Positions 11,001 through 24,155 are shown, counted from the stretch's first letter. The stretch: 64,000 nt of DNA from Octopus vulgaris (GCA_951406725.2 CATOCA020000001.1:4340001-4404000), one strand, 5' to 3'. Numbers and translations are program-made. The notes: generated by a model not told the origin, from the letters alone.

Positions 11001-12617
11001 AATGACATTGTTACTGAAACATGAAATTAATGAATGTAAAGGATTATACATAACGAATTATTTCACGTAATATAAGAAAAATTAGTTTTAAATTGTTTGG
11101 TATGAACCACGGCGCGTTTTTTTTTTATATATATGTTAGCTCTCATTAACTTTAAAACCTTGCTACTCTTAGCATCGGTGAAATTGTAGAAATCAATCGT
11201 GTTTATGTAAAGATAATTACTATTTTGCTTTCTTTGTACAACATTTTGCCCAAGTTGTTGCGCAGTGGAACTGAACCCGAAACCATGTGGTCGCAAAGCT
11301 TCACCACACAGCCGTTACTTTCAAACAGTATTGCTACATCGTTAAATCGCTTTCTACCAGCTTAAATGAGAAATGCATGAAATCCAGGGCTAGAAACTCT
11401 TAAACAGATAATTTTTTTTATCAAAAGAAGGCCGTGATCTGGCAGAAACGTTAGGACGCTGGGCGAAATGCTGAGCGGTATTTCGTCTGCCGCTACGTTC
11501 TGAGTTCAAATTCCGCCGAGGTCGACTTTGCCTTTCATCCTTTCGGGGTCGATTAAATAAGTACCAGTTATGCACTGGGGTCGATATAATCGACTTAATC
11601 TGTTTGTCTGTCCTTGTTTGTTCCTTCTGTGTTTAGCCCCTTGTGGGTAGTAAAGAAATAGGTATTTCGTCTGCCGTTACGTTCTGAGTTCAAATTCCGC
11701 CGAGGTCGACTTTGCCTTTCATCCTTTCGGGGTCGATTAAATAAGTAGCAGTTATATGCACTAGGGTCGATATAATCGACTTAATCCGTTTGTCTGTCCT
11801 TGTTTGTCCTCTGTGTTTAGCCCCTTGTGGGTAGTAAAGAAATAGATAATTTTTTACCAAAAGTTTGCTTAATTCGGTTTCACCTGGGGCTAAACAAAAA
11901 TGACTGAGCTTTATTTAAACATTAAAATGTGTATGTTTTTACGCGATTATTACATTGTTGAGCCCCATATCTTCTTACATGCATGCAATATATTATTTTA
12001 AACTTCTGATATGTTTCGTTTCATTGCTATAAAAAAAGCTATTTACATTTGTCGTAAAATAGTGTGGTTAAATCTATTGATGTTCTAAATTTGACTACAA
12101 CATTTAGGAGGAATGCTAAGCGATATTTTATTTAGCTTGAAGGCGGCGAGCTGGCAGAGTGGTTAGCACGCCGGGCGAAATGCGTAGCCGTATTGCGTCT
12201 GTCGTTACGTTCTGTGTTCAAATTTCGCCGAGGTCGACTTTGCCTTTCATCCTTTTGGTGTCGATAAATTAAGTACCAGTTACGCACTGGAGTCGATATA
12301 ATCGACTTAATCCGTTTGTCTGTCCTTGTTAGTCCTCTCTGTGTTTAGCCCCTTGTGGGTAGTAAAGAAATAGATATTTTATTTAGCCTGCAATAACAAC
12401 GTCCTTTTCTAGTCTTTACAAAGAGTGCTACATCATTTGAAAAGTAACTTTATTATTGGTCGCTTGTTTAAACAGTTTACGAGATATATTATGTATTGAC
12501 ATAGTCTTAATCTCCTTGTTTTCGAATATGAACTAAAATATTACCACAGATCATTTTCTCATAAACTTTCTTACACGACCAGAATATAAATAACAGTTCA
12601 AAAAGAACTAATTATTA

Positions 12618-12781
12618 AGAGTGGTTGTATACTGTCAACTTAACGTGACAGTCCTGTAAGGGAATTACACCACCGCTGTTTAGCCCTCGGAAGCATCGAC
12701 GCTTCCAATCGGCCTTGACACATTTTCTGTGTCCTTATATATTTACGAAGGGGAGACAAACACCCCCAACAGCTAGGCCTG
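12618..12781 (-). mobile_element. Truncated copy of the hammerhead-bearing element at 21240-21534
   Basis: Near-identical to 21240-21403; TTAAGAGT occurs at both ends (12615, 12782). Confidence 0.8.
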
Positions 12782-13472
12782 TTAAGAGTTATCGATTAAA
12801 TAGCTGAGCATTTCAGAGCTTCTTTTGTCGTGAAATCTGATCTTCAAACACATAAGATGTGATAGTTTGCGACAAGGCTAAATTCCACTTCCATTTGAAA
12901 AGAAAAACAAAAATGGCGGTGACTATAAAATATCTGCATATAACGCTACATCACTTTTTCAGCTACATAGGTCTGCTTTCAGCGCTTTCTGAACTGTACT
13001 TTTCGTGTATGATGTTTTCATTATGCCTCCATAATCCGTAGAATTCATTTATCTTTGCACAATTCTGTTTAGTATTATACGTCACGTAAAGTACAGTATA
13101 TTTACAAGTGCATTGAGCGAGATTACCTAAGTGAATGTATATACATATTTGCGACTGAGGTGACAGGCCGAATTAGAGCTATAGCACAATCGATAGATTT
13201 CCGCACAGTTACCACCTCTTTAATTTCACGCGCAAGCTGGCTCAAGTCCAACCAGAAATCTAGTGATACACACTCAGTGTTCTAAAGTGGTAACCACCCA
13301 TGAGACTGTGACTCCAAATTTTTTAATCATACCACTGTCCATGCGCCTATTTAAGGTTTTTCTAGAAATCTTGGAGTCCGACTAATTAATCTGTAGGCAT
13401 ATTTAACAAGTTTTTATGGGTTTGCTTATGGGAAATCTCGTTTCCTAGAGTCATACTGAGCAGACATTCCAG

Positions 13473-13892
13473 GGATCTTTTCAGTTTGAACGGCAGTTTT
13501 TTCTAGCGGTGTCATGAAATTGTCACCCATAATTATGACCCTAGTATCGATCTATTGCATTTCAATCTGTTTTAGGGTTAGTCAAGGTTAGTTATGGGTA
13601 GGAGGAAGGGTATCTTTTTTTTCTTCAGAATTGTAAATATACCCAATCTGTTTCTTAAACGAGGGACATATTCATACGGCACAGAATGTTTTCACCTCAA
13701 GAGATGTCATTGATTGGTTGAAATTACAGAAATTGAAGAGAAAAACAACAAATATCTTACAAACTATAGAATTTTCTCAATAAAGCCAAGAGAAAAAGAT
13801 GTTTTATAAACACATTCTACCAGTATACAAAGTTTAAAATTTTTTAGTTAACTGGAAATTGTTAAAAACTGCCAGTCAAACCGAAAAGATCC
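13473..13892. mobile_element. MITE with GG-initiated TIRs and 8-bp TSD (Merlin-like); partial copies at ~28920-29050 and 58078-58224
   Basis: TIRs GGATCTTTTCAGTTTGAACGGCAGTTTTT / AAAAACTGCCAGTCAAACCGAAAAGATCC; TSD CATTCCAG at 13465-72 and 13893-900. Confidence 0.85.
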
Positions 13893-14993
13893 CATTCCAG
13901 CTGTGATCAGTCCGATTTCTTTTACATTCAAACTATACAATGTGTCCTTTCCTTTACAGGACTTTTGGGTGTCTTTTTAGGATATTTATTTCGAGCAAGT
14001 TGAGCGACCATGAAGATTGCCAATTTGGTACGATTGTCACTTTTGTCTTGATATTGACATCAGCAACACAAGCGACACGGCTGTTTTTCTATTTCGAAAT
14101 GCTTTGTCCGATTAGTTAACATTTTGGTTCGCTCACTTTTATATGTTGTAAGATAAATTTGTGTCTTTTTCAGGAGGATCGAAACATCTGCATCATAGAA
14201 GGTACAGCTGAAACGCCTCACGAGAAATTTAGTTTGGAATTAAAAGTTACACGTATTTGACAAATATATCTATTTGATTCAAACATGCGTTTGGTCATGC
14301 ACGACAGGAAAAAAACCTTGTTGTGTGGTCAAAAAGTATCAGGAAAATTAAAGATTGCGATAACATTCGACTTTATATCGAGCGACATGAGAATAAGCGT
14401 CGAAATCAGACGTCGTTTGAAACGTACTTCTAAAATGGTTACACGCACGCTCGTATATATGCGCGTATATAAGCGAGTAATCGCAGGTATGGATGTGTAC
14501 CAACCAGAGTATATGCACCTATGCTCGCATATTTTCATTCGTTCACGTGTAATTTTAACGAATTGCACCCTTATTTGCATTTATAGGCCCCTGATATATG
14601 AAAACTTAACTGAATATAAATCTATGTATACGGCAGCTCATATGTTTGTAAATCATCTGCATAGGTTAATGAATTTATACCTATTCAGACACTAATCAAG
14701 CTGTTAAACATTAATTTGAATTATAACGAAATTAATGTCAAAAATTCAAAAAAAAAAAAAATGTTTGTTGCAGAAGATTTTCCATTTCATAATCTAAATC
14801 GAAAAACATGAATTTATATACTGACACTCGAAAGCCGAATGCGTTACACTGTGCTTAATTGCTCCAAAATACAAATATGATATAATCAATATAATAAATA
14901 CTTTGAAATATGAGTTGAGGTCGTATTTGTTTCTACCTTACAAATGAACACTTTATTACAATAGATTAAATAAACTTATGCTTATTGAAAGCT

Positions 14994-15197
14994 TCATAAC
15001 AATTTTGTTTTGGCCTGATCGTCTCCAAATTTCATTACTTGCAGTTCACAAGTGTATTTGATAGTACCAGCAAAGCTGATAGTTTCTTTTCCAGTATTAC
15101 TGGAAGACATTATTGGTGAAGAGAACGCACCGCAGCAAATTTTAAGTGAATCAGACGGGTCTGTTTTTGAAACAAATGTCAAAACGAACTTGGATTT
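14994..15197 (-). CDS. Putative terminal coding exon, CUB-domain-like; upstream exons not identified
   Basis: Acceptor TTTTTTAG, then a phase-0 open frame KSKFVLTFVSKTDPSDSLKICCGAFSSPIMSSSNTGKETISFAGTIKYTCELQVMKFGDDQAKTKLL*; AATAAA on the minus strand at 14952-57. The CG...P.MSSSN...ISF pattern recalls CUB. Confidence 0.45.
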   Translation of the reverse strand, partial: KSKFVLTFVSKTDPSDSLKICCGAFSSPIMSSSNTGKETISFAGTIKYTCELQVMKFGDDQAKTKLL

Positions 15198-18176
15198 CTA
15201 AAAAAGGTTAAAACAAACTGTACCAGGATTCAAGGCTGCCAAAGATTGTAGGATCTCCTACTTGGTGAAAATGCCTTAAAAGATCTAAAGATGAAAGCAT
15301 TAGCTGTTTATAATTGTTTTATAGTAATTAAATAAAAATCTGGATGTCACTAGACTACTAATCAAAGTTTGGTTTGCTTCATCTTTCTGCCTAACTTCCA
15401 AAAAAGTGTCAGCTTAGAATCTTGAAAATAACACCTTTTTATAAAATCTGGATAAACTGACAAATAATGTAGCTTTTTTTTTTGCCTCCAAATACAACCG
15501 GCTTGCTTCAACCTACAGACCCGGCGAGGTTGTTGCTATATTCAAAGTTTACATAATTTGATAGAGGCAGGAAGTAAAAAAAAAATAGCCGTTAATGAAT
15601 TTTGTTTGGAGTGAAATCTATCTAGGTTTGCATATTTTCTGAGTTTGGGGGCGCCAATGCAAAATGGTGGAATTGTTAGTCGAGGTACATTAAATTGGAT
15701 AAAATGAAGTAAATGACGAACGTGTAGCGGCGTTTATTTGAATTCCATGTCGAGAAATTTTCTAATCAGGATCTCGTGCAGATGGAACGACGTCGTCTCG
15801 AATATGAAAGTGAGACTGAGCATGCTGAACCAGCATGAAGTTTAGCAACTAAAGGAATACCTATAGCTTTCAATTTTTAACATGAAACTGGCCTTTTCTC
15901 TTTTCTTTTTGCACAAATATACACACACATGTCTCTCAAGCAGGAATTGACGCAGTAGATTGAGTGCAGAACAAAATACCCTGTTCTATTTGTTTTTCTG
16001 CCTTTTTCGAATTCAAATCTCGTCCAGATTAACAGTCACTTTCATCCGGTTCGAGGTCGATGAAATAAAATCCTTGTCCAGAACGGAAGATTGGCGAACA
16101 AGTCGAAGTCGATTTGAACTATTTAGTCCAGCTGTTTGTGTCGAGAACGATCTGTTGTCCGTATTAGCACCCCCACTACTAGGTCTTTAATGATCTTTAG
16201 TGGGGCTCTGCTAAAAACATTTAGATAAAGTCTCCAATTTTGTTAGAAGTTCCTCCTTGACAGACGCCCACTACATGCAAAGGATTTTTGTGTTGCCTTT
16301 TTCGCCCTGACTAAGCAGTAAAAGAAAAGAATTGAGGGGTATGTAATCTAACCTGGAAGCCTGTTGTTACAATGCGCTTAACCGTACAGTTTGGCTTGTT
16401 GCTGGTTTTTTGAGATGCAAGAAAGCTTGAATAACACAATGATCAGAAATGTCAGTAACCAAGGGTAGTCGTTTGTTTCCTAAAAACACATCAGAATTTT
16501 TTTTTCCTACGTTGGGTAATGTTACAACAGCATTTATTGTACTCTGTCCCCTTGGATCTCGTGTTGAAACTGTCTGTGGGTGCAGGACATCCTTTAAAAC
16601 GTACCAAGGCCCATCAATGGTTCATTAACGTGCTACTCCTTGAGTGGGTGTTAAAAATTAAAAACGTACATTTGGAAATAGGTTGCCTGCTTAAGTTTTT
16701 AATATCAGTTCTGACGGAGGGAAACTCATCACGTAAAACTGAAGGTTTTAGTTCGCTTGATACAGCGTAGTATCGAAGGAAAAGGATTCCCTCTATTTTT
16801 GTGCCAGTGTGGATGTGATTTAGGTAAATATGAACACTTTTAAGTCCCACCGAAATCAACTTTACATCTTTCAATAGTTAATAAATTAAGTACGAGTCTT
16901 AAAAAGCTTGTCGACCGAAATGGTTGAGCATCGGACAGAATGTTGGATATTCCTTACGGCTGCGTTCTGAGTTCAAATCTTGCAGTTGCCTAACTGGGTA
17001 GTAGACTGAATCTGTCAGCCGGTTGAACACCTGGTTTCTTGGCTGTCGTTCATGGAACCCAGTTTGTTGCCAATATTTGGGCCATGTTTCTGCATTGAAG
17101 ATAAATTCTTCTCTCTTTTCCATCAACCTTGCTGAGGGATAAAAGCAATTATTATTTCACCACCAACTGTTCGGAGGGATAAAAACAAAACAGCAAGGAA
17201 TAAACGGGACAAATCACCAGCATCATGCTCGTATTTTCCTCAATCCAATTCACTGATATACAAAAATAATAAATCATGAGTCGATAGAATATCAAACAAC
17301 CATTTATTGTATTTGTTTCGCCGCCCAACGATCTCAGTTCCAAACTTTGAAGTCGAAGAAGTCACATACTGAAAAATCTCTCATCTCCATCTCTCTTTCA
17401 TATAATGTGTGTGAGAGAGAGGCAAAGAAAAAAGAACGTTCACATCATGGCACCTACAAATAAATAAATGAACGTTAACTAAACAAACAATAATAAACAA
17501 TACAAAGCCTAAATATTGCAACCAATCACAAATTAGAAATACCCATTTCTTTACTACCCACAAGGGGCTAAACACAGGACAAACGAGGACAGACAAACGG
17601 CTTAAGTCGATTACATCGACCCCAATGCGTAACTAGTACTTTATTTATCGACCCCGAAAGGATGAAAGTCAAAGTCGACTTCGGCGGAATTTGAACTCAG
17701 AACGTAACGGCAGACGAAATACCTATTTCTTTACTACCCACAAGGGGCTAAATACAGAGGGGACAAACAAGGACAGACAAACAGATTAAGTCAATTATGT
17801 CGACCCCAGTGCGTAACTGGTACTTATTTAATCGACCCCAAAAGGATGAAAGGCAAAGTCGACCTCGGCGGAATTTGAACTCAGAACGTAGCGGCAGACG
17901 AAATACGGTTACGCATTTCGCCCGGCGTCCTAACGTTTCTGCCAGCTCGCTGCCTTAAATTAGCAGAAGTACCGTACCCACTTTATAAATAACGACCTAC
18001 AAACTTCTAATTCAGCTGAGTTATTAAAGACTATTTGTAAACGTTATCTTAAGCTTCAAAATTGTAAACTTAACTACACTCACTGAAATATTAGACAAAA
18101 TAAGTCATCGCCAGCGATTTCGTCATGCTTAATATTGTTTACAATATTTTTTCATCTCTCATAAGCAACTACTGCA

Positions 18177-18535
18177 GTGGAGGTGCAATGGCCCAATGGT
18201 TAGGGCAGAGGGCTCACGGTCGGAGGATCGCGGTTTCGATTCCCAGACCGGGCGTTGTGTGTGTTTATTGAGCGGAAACACCCCCGGCAGGGGGGGCACC
18301 CCTGTTGTACTCTTTTGCTCCAACTTCCTCTCGCTCTTTCTTCCTGTTTCTTGTCCCCGACTTCCTTCGCAACCGCTGAGCCTTGATGCGCATTCATCCA
18401 TCCGTCGGGGGTTGACCTGCTTTCTCTTCTGCGGGTCTTACGAATAGCAAAGGAACACGTTTCGAACTTCTCCCACTACAGAGGCGCGATCTTGCGAGCT
18501 CTGGGACGAAGACCGCTTCGCTCAACAAACAAACA
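18177..18535 (+). mobile_element. tRNA-derived SINE family C with (CAAA)n tail; second copy at 22539-22911
   Basis: Head TGGCCCAATGGTTAG...GGTTTCGATTCCC; 14-bp TSD AAGCAACTACTGCA (18163, 18536); the second copy has TSD AAACATCAAC(G/A)GCA (22525, 22912). Confidence 0.88.
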
Positions 18536-19789
18536 AAGCAACTACTGCAAATTCCTATAGAACGATTTTGAGAAATAATGAAAATACTTAATATAAATAA
18601 AATCATTCTTTAAAATTTTGGCACAAAGGCAGCAATCTTGAATGGAGGGGTAAATCGATACACCAACCCTAGCTCTTGACAGATGCATTATGTAACCGAA
18701 GCTAAAAGGAAGAAAGTGAAAGTTGACCAAGGTGGGATTTGAACTTAGAATATAAAGATAAGGAGGAAATGCTGGTAAGCATTTTGTCCGACGTGCGAAC
18801 GATTCTACCAGCACGTTACACCTTTAATTCTTTTAGATAGTGGTGAGTTATTTTATCAATTTCAAAAGGATGTCAGAGACCACGCTTTGATTTGAACACA
18901 GAACGTAAAGTGATGGAAGTAGTGCCACCAAGCATTTTGTCCGATGCGCTAACGACTCTGCCAGTTCGCTGCTTACTCTTTTACTTGTTTCAGTCATTTG
19001 ACTGGCCATGCTGGAGCATTTCTTCTTGTTCTTTACGTCCTTTTGCCTTTCATCCCTTTGAGAGTCGATAAAATAAAGTACCACCGAAGCACTGAGACCG
19101 AATAAATCGATATTTCCCTCCAACCAAAATTGCTGGCTTTGCACCAAAATTTGATTAGCAAAGATGTTATCCTGATGCTTAATAACGACATGTTTCCTGA
19201 TATGCATGAATACATGGGCCATGCCAATCTCTAGGTATTTGCCCTAATGTGGACAAACACTGAGTTACAGGAATTACAACTGGTAAAATATTCATGACGC
19301 ACAATGCAGCGTAACACCGGCAAAGTAATATCTATTTCTTTACTACCCACAAGAGGCTAAACACAGAGGGGACAAACAAGGACAGACAAACGGATTAAGT
19401 CGATTACATTGACCCCAGTGCGTAACTGGTACTTAATTTATCGACCCCGAAAGAATGAAAGGCAAAGTCGACCTCGGCGGAACTTGAACTCAGAACGTAA
19501 CGGCAGACGAAATACGGCTACGCATTTCGCCCGGCGTGCTAACGTTTCTGCCAACTCGCCGCCGGCAAAGTAATATCGTCAGGCTCTATTTACCAAGAAA
19601 GATGTAAGGGATGTAAATACTTGTTAAACACAGGGGACACCATTAAAACTCCGATATCGGGTTTGGAAAAAAAAAAACGATGCATGTAAGCTGTGAGCAA
19701 TGAATACTATTAGCGGCTAGAAATATCCAAAAAGACACTGAAACAGTCTTATTGAATTCAAGAACAGAAGCAAGAACGACAGGGCAGAT

Positions 19790-20160
19790 ATTTATCGTTT
19801 GATAACATTCCTTCCATTTAGTTTTATTTCGAGTATCTTCCTAATTCCTTCTCATGTAATCTTTGGAGACCTTCTCCCTCTTCATTCCACAGTGATCTAA
19901 TGATATCTTGTGCTATCGTTATGTCAGCAAGTTTAATGTTTCAGCTGTTATTCATAATTAAAACTGCCCCCTGGTTTATTCCAAATTACATACCAATATC
20001 CTTGCTAACTATTCTTCATGATTCCAGTATAAAATTTGAGGTTTTTCATGTATAGAATTTCACTCTAGTTTTTAACAAGTTCATAGACATGCCTGAATGT
20101 TCTCGGTATACTTGCCAAAGGAAACAATGCAAAGAAATGGAGCATAAACGAGTCACCCTG
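19790..20160 (-). pseudogene. Degraded R4/Dong-like non-LTR RT fragment (related piece at ~21965-22125)
   Basis: Minus-strand SKDIGM*FGI, and PNAERRNFWSDI...HNMETNWL in the second piece; motifs recalled from RLE-type LINE ORFs. Confidence 0.45.
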
Positions 20161-20595
20161 AAATATTGGCAAGTGTTTTTTTTCCACAACCTTGGGCCGA
20201 CCAAAGCCTTTTGAGTGGATTTGATAGACGGAAAATGAAAGTAGCCCGTCGTGTACGCGTGTGTCACCACCCCTTGACAACCAGTGTGGGTGTGTTTACG
20301 TCCCCGTAACTTAGCAGTTCGGCAAAAGAATTCGACACAATAATTACCATGCTTTAAAAAAAATTACTACTGAGGTCTATTCATTCTTCAAGGCCGGGCC
20401 CCAGCATGGCCGCATTCTTACGACTGAAACAAGTAAAAGATATTTTCACACTTCCTGTTCATAGGATTTACTTCCGTGTTTTAATTCTACTTCCCTCGAT
20501 CTCGTGGCTCTTTCTCAAAAACTTTTTCTCATTGACTTTCAAAGTCCTCAGGTACTCCAAGAATCAATAATGCGGAAAATTATCATATCCTTACT

Positions 20596-20766
20596 GGCGC
20601 AGGAGTGGCTGTGTGGTAAGTAGCTTGCTAACCAACCACACGGTTGCGGGTTCAGTCCCACTGCGTGGCATCTTGGGCAAGTGTCTTCTGCTATAGCCCC
20701 GGGCCGACCAATGCCTTGTGAGTGGATTTGGTAGACTGAAACTGAAAGAAGCCTGTCGTATATATG

Positions 20767-20797
<31 letters not shown>

Positions 20798-20971
20798 TTG
20801 TGTGTCTGTGTTTGTCCCCCTAGCATTGCTTGACAACCGATGCTGGTGTGTTTGCGTCCCCGTCACTTAGCGGTTCGGCAAAAAAGAGACCGATAGAATA
20901 AGTACTAAAAGGTGGTGCTCCAGCATGGCCGCAGTCAAATGACTGAAACAAGAAAGAGTAAAGAGTAAAGA
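20596..20971 (+). mobile_element. tRNA-derived SINE family B (CORE-like centre, internal microsatellite). Others at 33061-33494(-), 35281-36095(+), 36769-38305(+, interrupted), 39285-39735(-, interrupted), plus fragments
   Basis: Head GGCGCAGGAGTGGCTGTGTGGTAAG...GGGTTCAGTCCC; TGGCA(C/T)CTTGGGCAAGTG; tail GGTGCTCCAGCATGGCCGCAGTCAAATGACTGAAACAAG followed by (TAAAGAG)n. Confidence 0.9.
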
Positions 20972-21239
20972 GTGTATCCAACAAACAGCTAAATTCATTC
21001 TTATTCGTACCTCACTTCGTATCAGACTCAAAATATACGGCATATCAGCATTTCTCCCTTGTTCTACTCCTGCATAACTTTTACTCCTCTGCTAATAATT
21101 TCTCCTTCTCCAGAAGCTATACATTACATTTCCTATGAGGCCGCTAAATAACTTTCAGAATAATGGTAAGTATGTAATAGGTCCATAACTACTAAATTCC
21201 CCTTATCTTTTTTTTTTTTTGTCTTTCTGTATAAGTATT

Positions 21240-21534
21240 AGAGTGGTTGTATACTGTCAACTTAACGTGACAGTCCTGTAAGGGAATTACACCACCGCTG
21301 TTTAGCCCTAGGAAGCTTCGACGCTTCCTGTCGGCCTTGACACATTTCCTGTGTCCTTATATATTTACGAAGGGGAGACAAACACCCCTAACAGCTAGGC
21401 CTGCATCTAGAGACATGCATGTTTCTGGGTCTTGCCCATCATCAGTCTAGAGTAGCAGAGGCCTGCTAGCTGAAGATATTTATCTAGACTTCGTAAATAT
21501 ATATATACATATTTTCAGTGAAGTTTTCTGATTT
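21240..21534 (-). mobile_element. ~295-bp non-coding element carrying a hammerhead ribozyme (retrozyme-like or non-autonomous PLE)
   Basis: 12-bp TSD TGTATAAGTATT at 21228-39 and 21535-46; contains a canonical hammerhead; second partial copy at 12618. Confidence 0.8.
21392..21472 (-). ncRNA. Type I hammerhead ribozyme, intact catalytic core
   Basis: Minus strand: TCTAGA-CTGATGA-TGGG(CAAGA)CCCA-GAAA-CATGCATG-TC-TCTAGA. Stem I extends through CTGC/GCAG and CAGCTAG/CTAGCTG. Predicted GUC cleavage between 21412 and 21411. Confidence 0.9.
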
Positions 21535-22968
21535 TGTATAAGTATTGTATTTCTTTTTTGTCAACCATGTTGATTTTAAATACCTATTTCTTTACTACCC
21601 ACAAGGGGCTAAACATGGAGAGGACAAACAAGGACAGACAAACGGATTAAGTCGATTATATCGACCCCAGGGCGTAACTGGTACTTATTTAATTGACCCC
21701 GAAAGGATGAAAGGCAAAGTCGACCTCGGCGAAATTTCAACTCAGAATGTAACGGCAGACGAAATACGGCTAAGCATTAAGCCCGGCGTGCTAACCTTTC
21801 TGCCAGCTCGCTGTCTCACGCCTTATGTTGATTTTAAATACAATCAGTAAGAAACGGTTGTATATACCCGTGCATGCTGATGAGGTTTATAAGACAGAAC
21901 ATCCAATCCGGTTGGATACTTTTTAAGTATCTTTTTCCACTTTCTCTTCCGTAAAATATATATTCTCTTATCTCAATCTGTTTTTCATTTCACTTTTAAA
22001 TTTCCTTAACCAGTTCGTTTCCATATTATGACGAACTTCTTTGCAACAAATATCTGACCAAAAGTTCCTTCTTTCAGCATTCGGTGCGTCATTCTCCTGA
22101 TGTACGTCCTTATTCTTCAGTTTGTGCGCCTGACAACCGGTGCTTCTGCGTTTATGTCCCCGTAACAAAAGAGACCGATAGAATAAGTACCAGACTTTAA
22201 AAAATAAGTACTAGGGTCGATTCTTTCGACTCGATTTCTTGAAGGTGAACCCCAGCATGGCCGTGGTCGAATGACTGGAACAAGTGAAATATAAACGACA
22301 ACTCTTCTAACCAGCCAGTAATTTACCAGTCTTTTTGTGCGTTCTTTGGATCTCGTTTTCGTGTCTCCAGTGCATGAGTGCTGTCTTTCTGTAGAATAAG
22401 AAATTTGTTTCTGATGTTCAAAGAAATCCAGAATTGCCTCCCGCCCACTCACACATACACACACAGACCTTCAAATCATAGGTTTCTTGAATCAGGTTTG
22501 CTAGATCAGGTGTGACTTTGGAATAAACATCAACGGCAGTGGAGGCGCAATGACCCAATGGTTAGGGCAGCGAACTCGCGGTCGGAGGATCGCGGTTTCG
22601 ATTCCCAGACTGGGCGTTATTTGTGTTTATTGAGCGAAAACACCTAAAGCTTCACGAGTCTCCGACAGGGGGTGGTGGTGACCCCTGTTGTACTCTTTCG
22701 CCCCAACTTTCTCTCTCACTCTTTCTTCCTGTTTCTTGTCCCCGACTTCCTACGCAACCACTGAGCCTGGAGGTGCATTCATCCATCCGTCGATGCTCTC
22801 GGTGTCGGGATTGACCTGCTCTCTCTTCTGCGGGTCTTACGAATTGTAAAGAACCACGTTTCGGACTTCTCCCACTACTGGGACGAAGACCGCTTCGCTC
22901 AACAAACAAACAAACATCAACAGCAACAACGTATTAAACAGAAATATTTAATAGTGGGAAAATGACCT

Positions 22969-23162
22969 TTAAAAACAAGTCAGTGTTAGGTTTGGTTGAA
23001 GGCAGTTATTTTCACACATTCCGTTAGCATTTACGATGGATCGGAGCAAAGATTGCAGGGCATTCTTCAGTATAATCTCCAAATGATTGCAATATTCACC
23101 AGATACTTTCAGATTAGTATCACCTCTTCTCGTATCAGAAGTCGATGCTTCCACAGGAAATC
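22969..23162 (-). CDS. Chitin-binding protein gene, exon 3 (terminal; four-cysteine C-terminal region)
   Basis: Acceptor TTTTATTTTATCAG; phase 1 matches the exon-2 donor; reads (G)FPVEASTS...YCNHLEIILKNALQSLLRSIVNANGMCENNCLQPNLTLTCF*. Confidence 0.7.
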
Positions 23163-23335
23163 CTGATAAAATAAAATATAACGAGGATAAGATAAAGTAC
23201 GAGTATATATAGATAAATACATATGCATATATATTATATTTATAATTATTTGAGAGAATATTATTCCTAACTTACGGGGAAAAATTTAATTTAGAAATGC
23301 TAAATCAAATTTCACAAAATATAATATATATTATT

Positions 23336-23620
23336 AAAAATTAGAAAAAGAACCACCTTTTATCAATTCAAAATGAACAATTAAATTACACCATCTAGAA
23401 AATTACATATAATAGAAAAATAAATATTAAAATAATTAAAATGATTAAGTAAAATGCAAAATAATAATAAAAACGTATATATTTGGTTATTTTGCAATTT
23501 ACTTAATCATCGGTATATTATTGTTATTTTAATATTTATTTTTCTATTATATGTAATTTTCTAGATGGTGTAATTTAATTGTTCATTTTGAATTTATAAA
23601 AGGTGTTTTTTCTAATTTTT
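23336..23620. repeat. ~285-bp AT-rich fold-back palindrome
   Basis: AATTCAAAATGAACAATTAAATTACACCATCTAGAAAATTACATATAATAG and its reverse complement flank a short spacer near 23475. Confidence 0.85.
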
Positions 23621-24155
23621 ATATGTATATACTATATTTATATATTATATAATTTTATTATATTATATTATATTATATTGTATTGTATTGTATTGTACTG
23701 TACTGTACTGTACTGTACTGGCTGTGTGGTAAGAAACTTCGTTCCTAACTACATGGTTTCGGGTTCAGTCCCACTGAATGGCACCTTCCGCAGGTGTCTT
23801 CTACTATAGCCTCAGAACAACCAAAGCTGTCTTTCGACACCTGTTGTTATTCCCGTTATTATTTTTATTGTGTAACACTGTCCGTTTTTTTCCGTTCTTG
23901 TTTTTGTATACATTCGCTGCTTTCTTCCAAGGAATCTAATGCTCTTGGCTTAGTTTTTCCTTGGGGCTGGCCAGATTGGAGCAATCTCAAGAATAATCAG
24001 CCGACATTGCGAGGATAATCTGGTTCTTGACTGAAGATAGAAAACTTCGAATGACCCGTCCTTGTTTTCTTTGTATCGTCTTTCTGGATGTTTTGTTGTC
24101 CCCTCTTTGTATCATCTAGTTGTCCGGATGTTTTGCGTTCTTGTCCCATTTTGTA

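Noticed and set aside
16140-17350. Possible coding region on the minus strand (FNAETW, TDISDHCVI)
   Set aside because: Looks like a heavily decayed LINE endonuclease; too degraded to define or to link to the orphan exon.
21851-21900. GAAACGG...CCGT-GCATG-CTGATGAG, a possible hammerhead
   Set aside because: The cleavage-site nucleotide would be G, stem I is too short and there is no convincing stem II.
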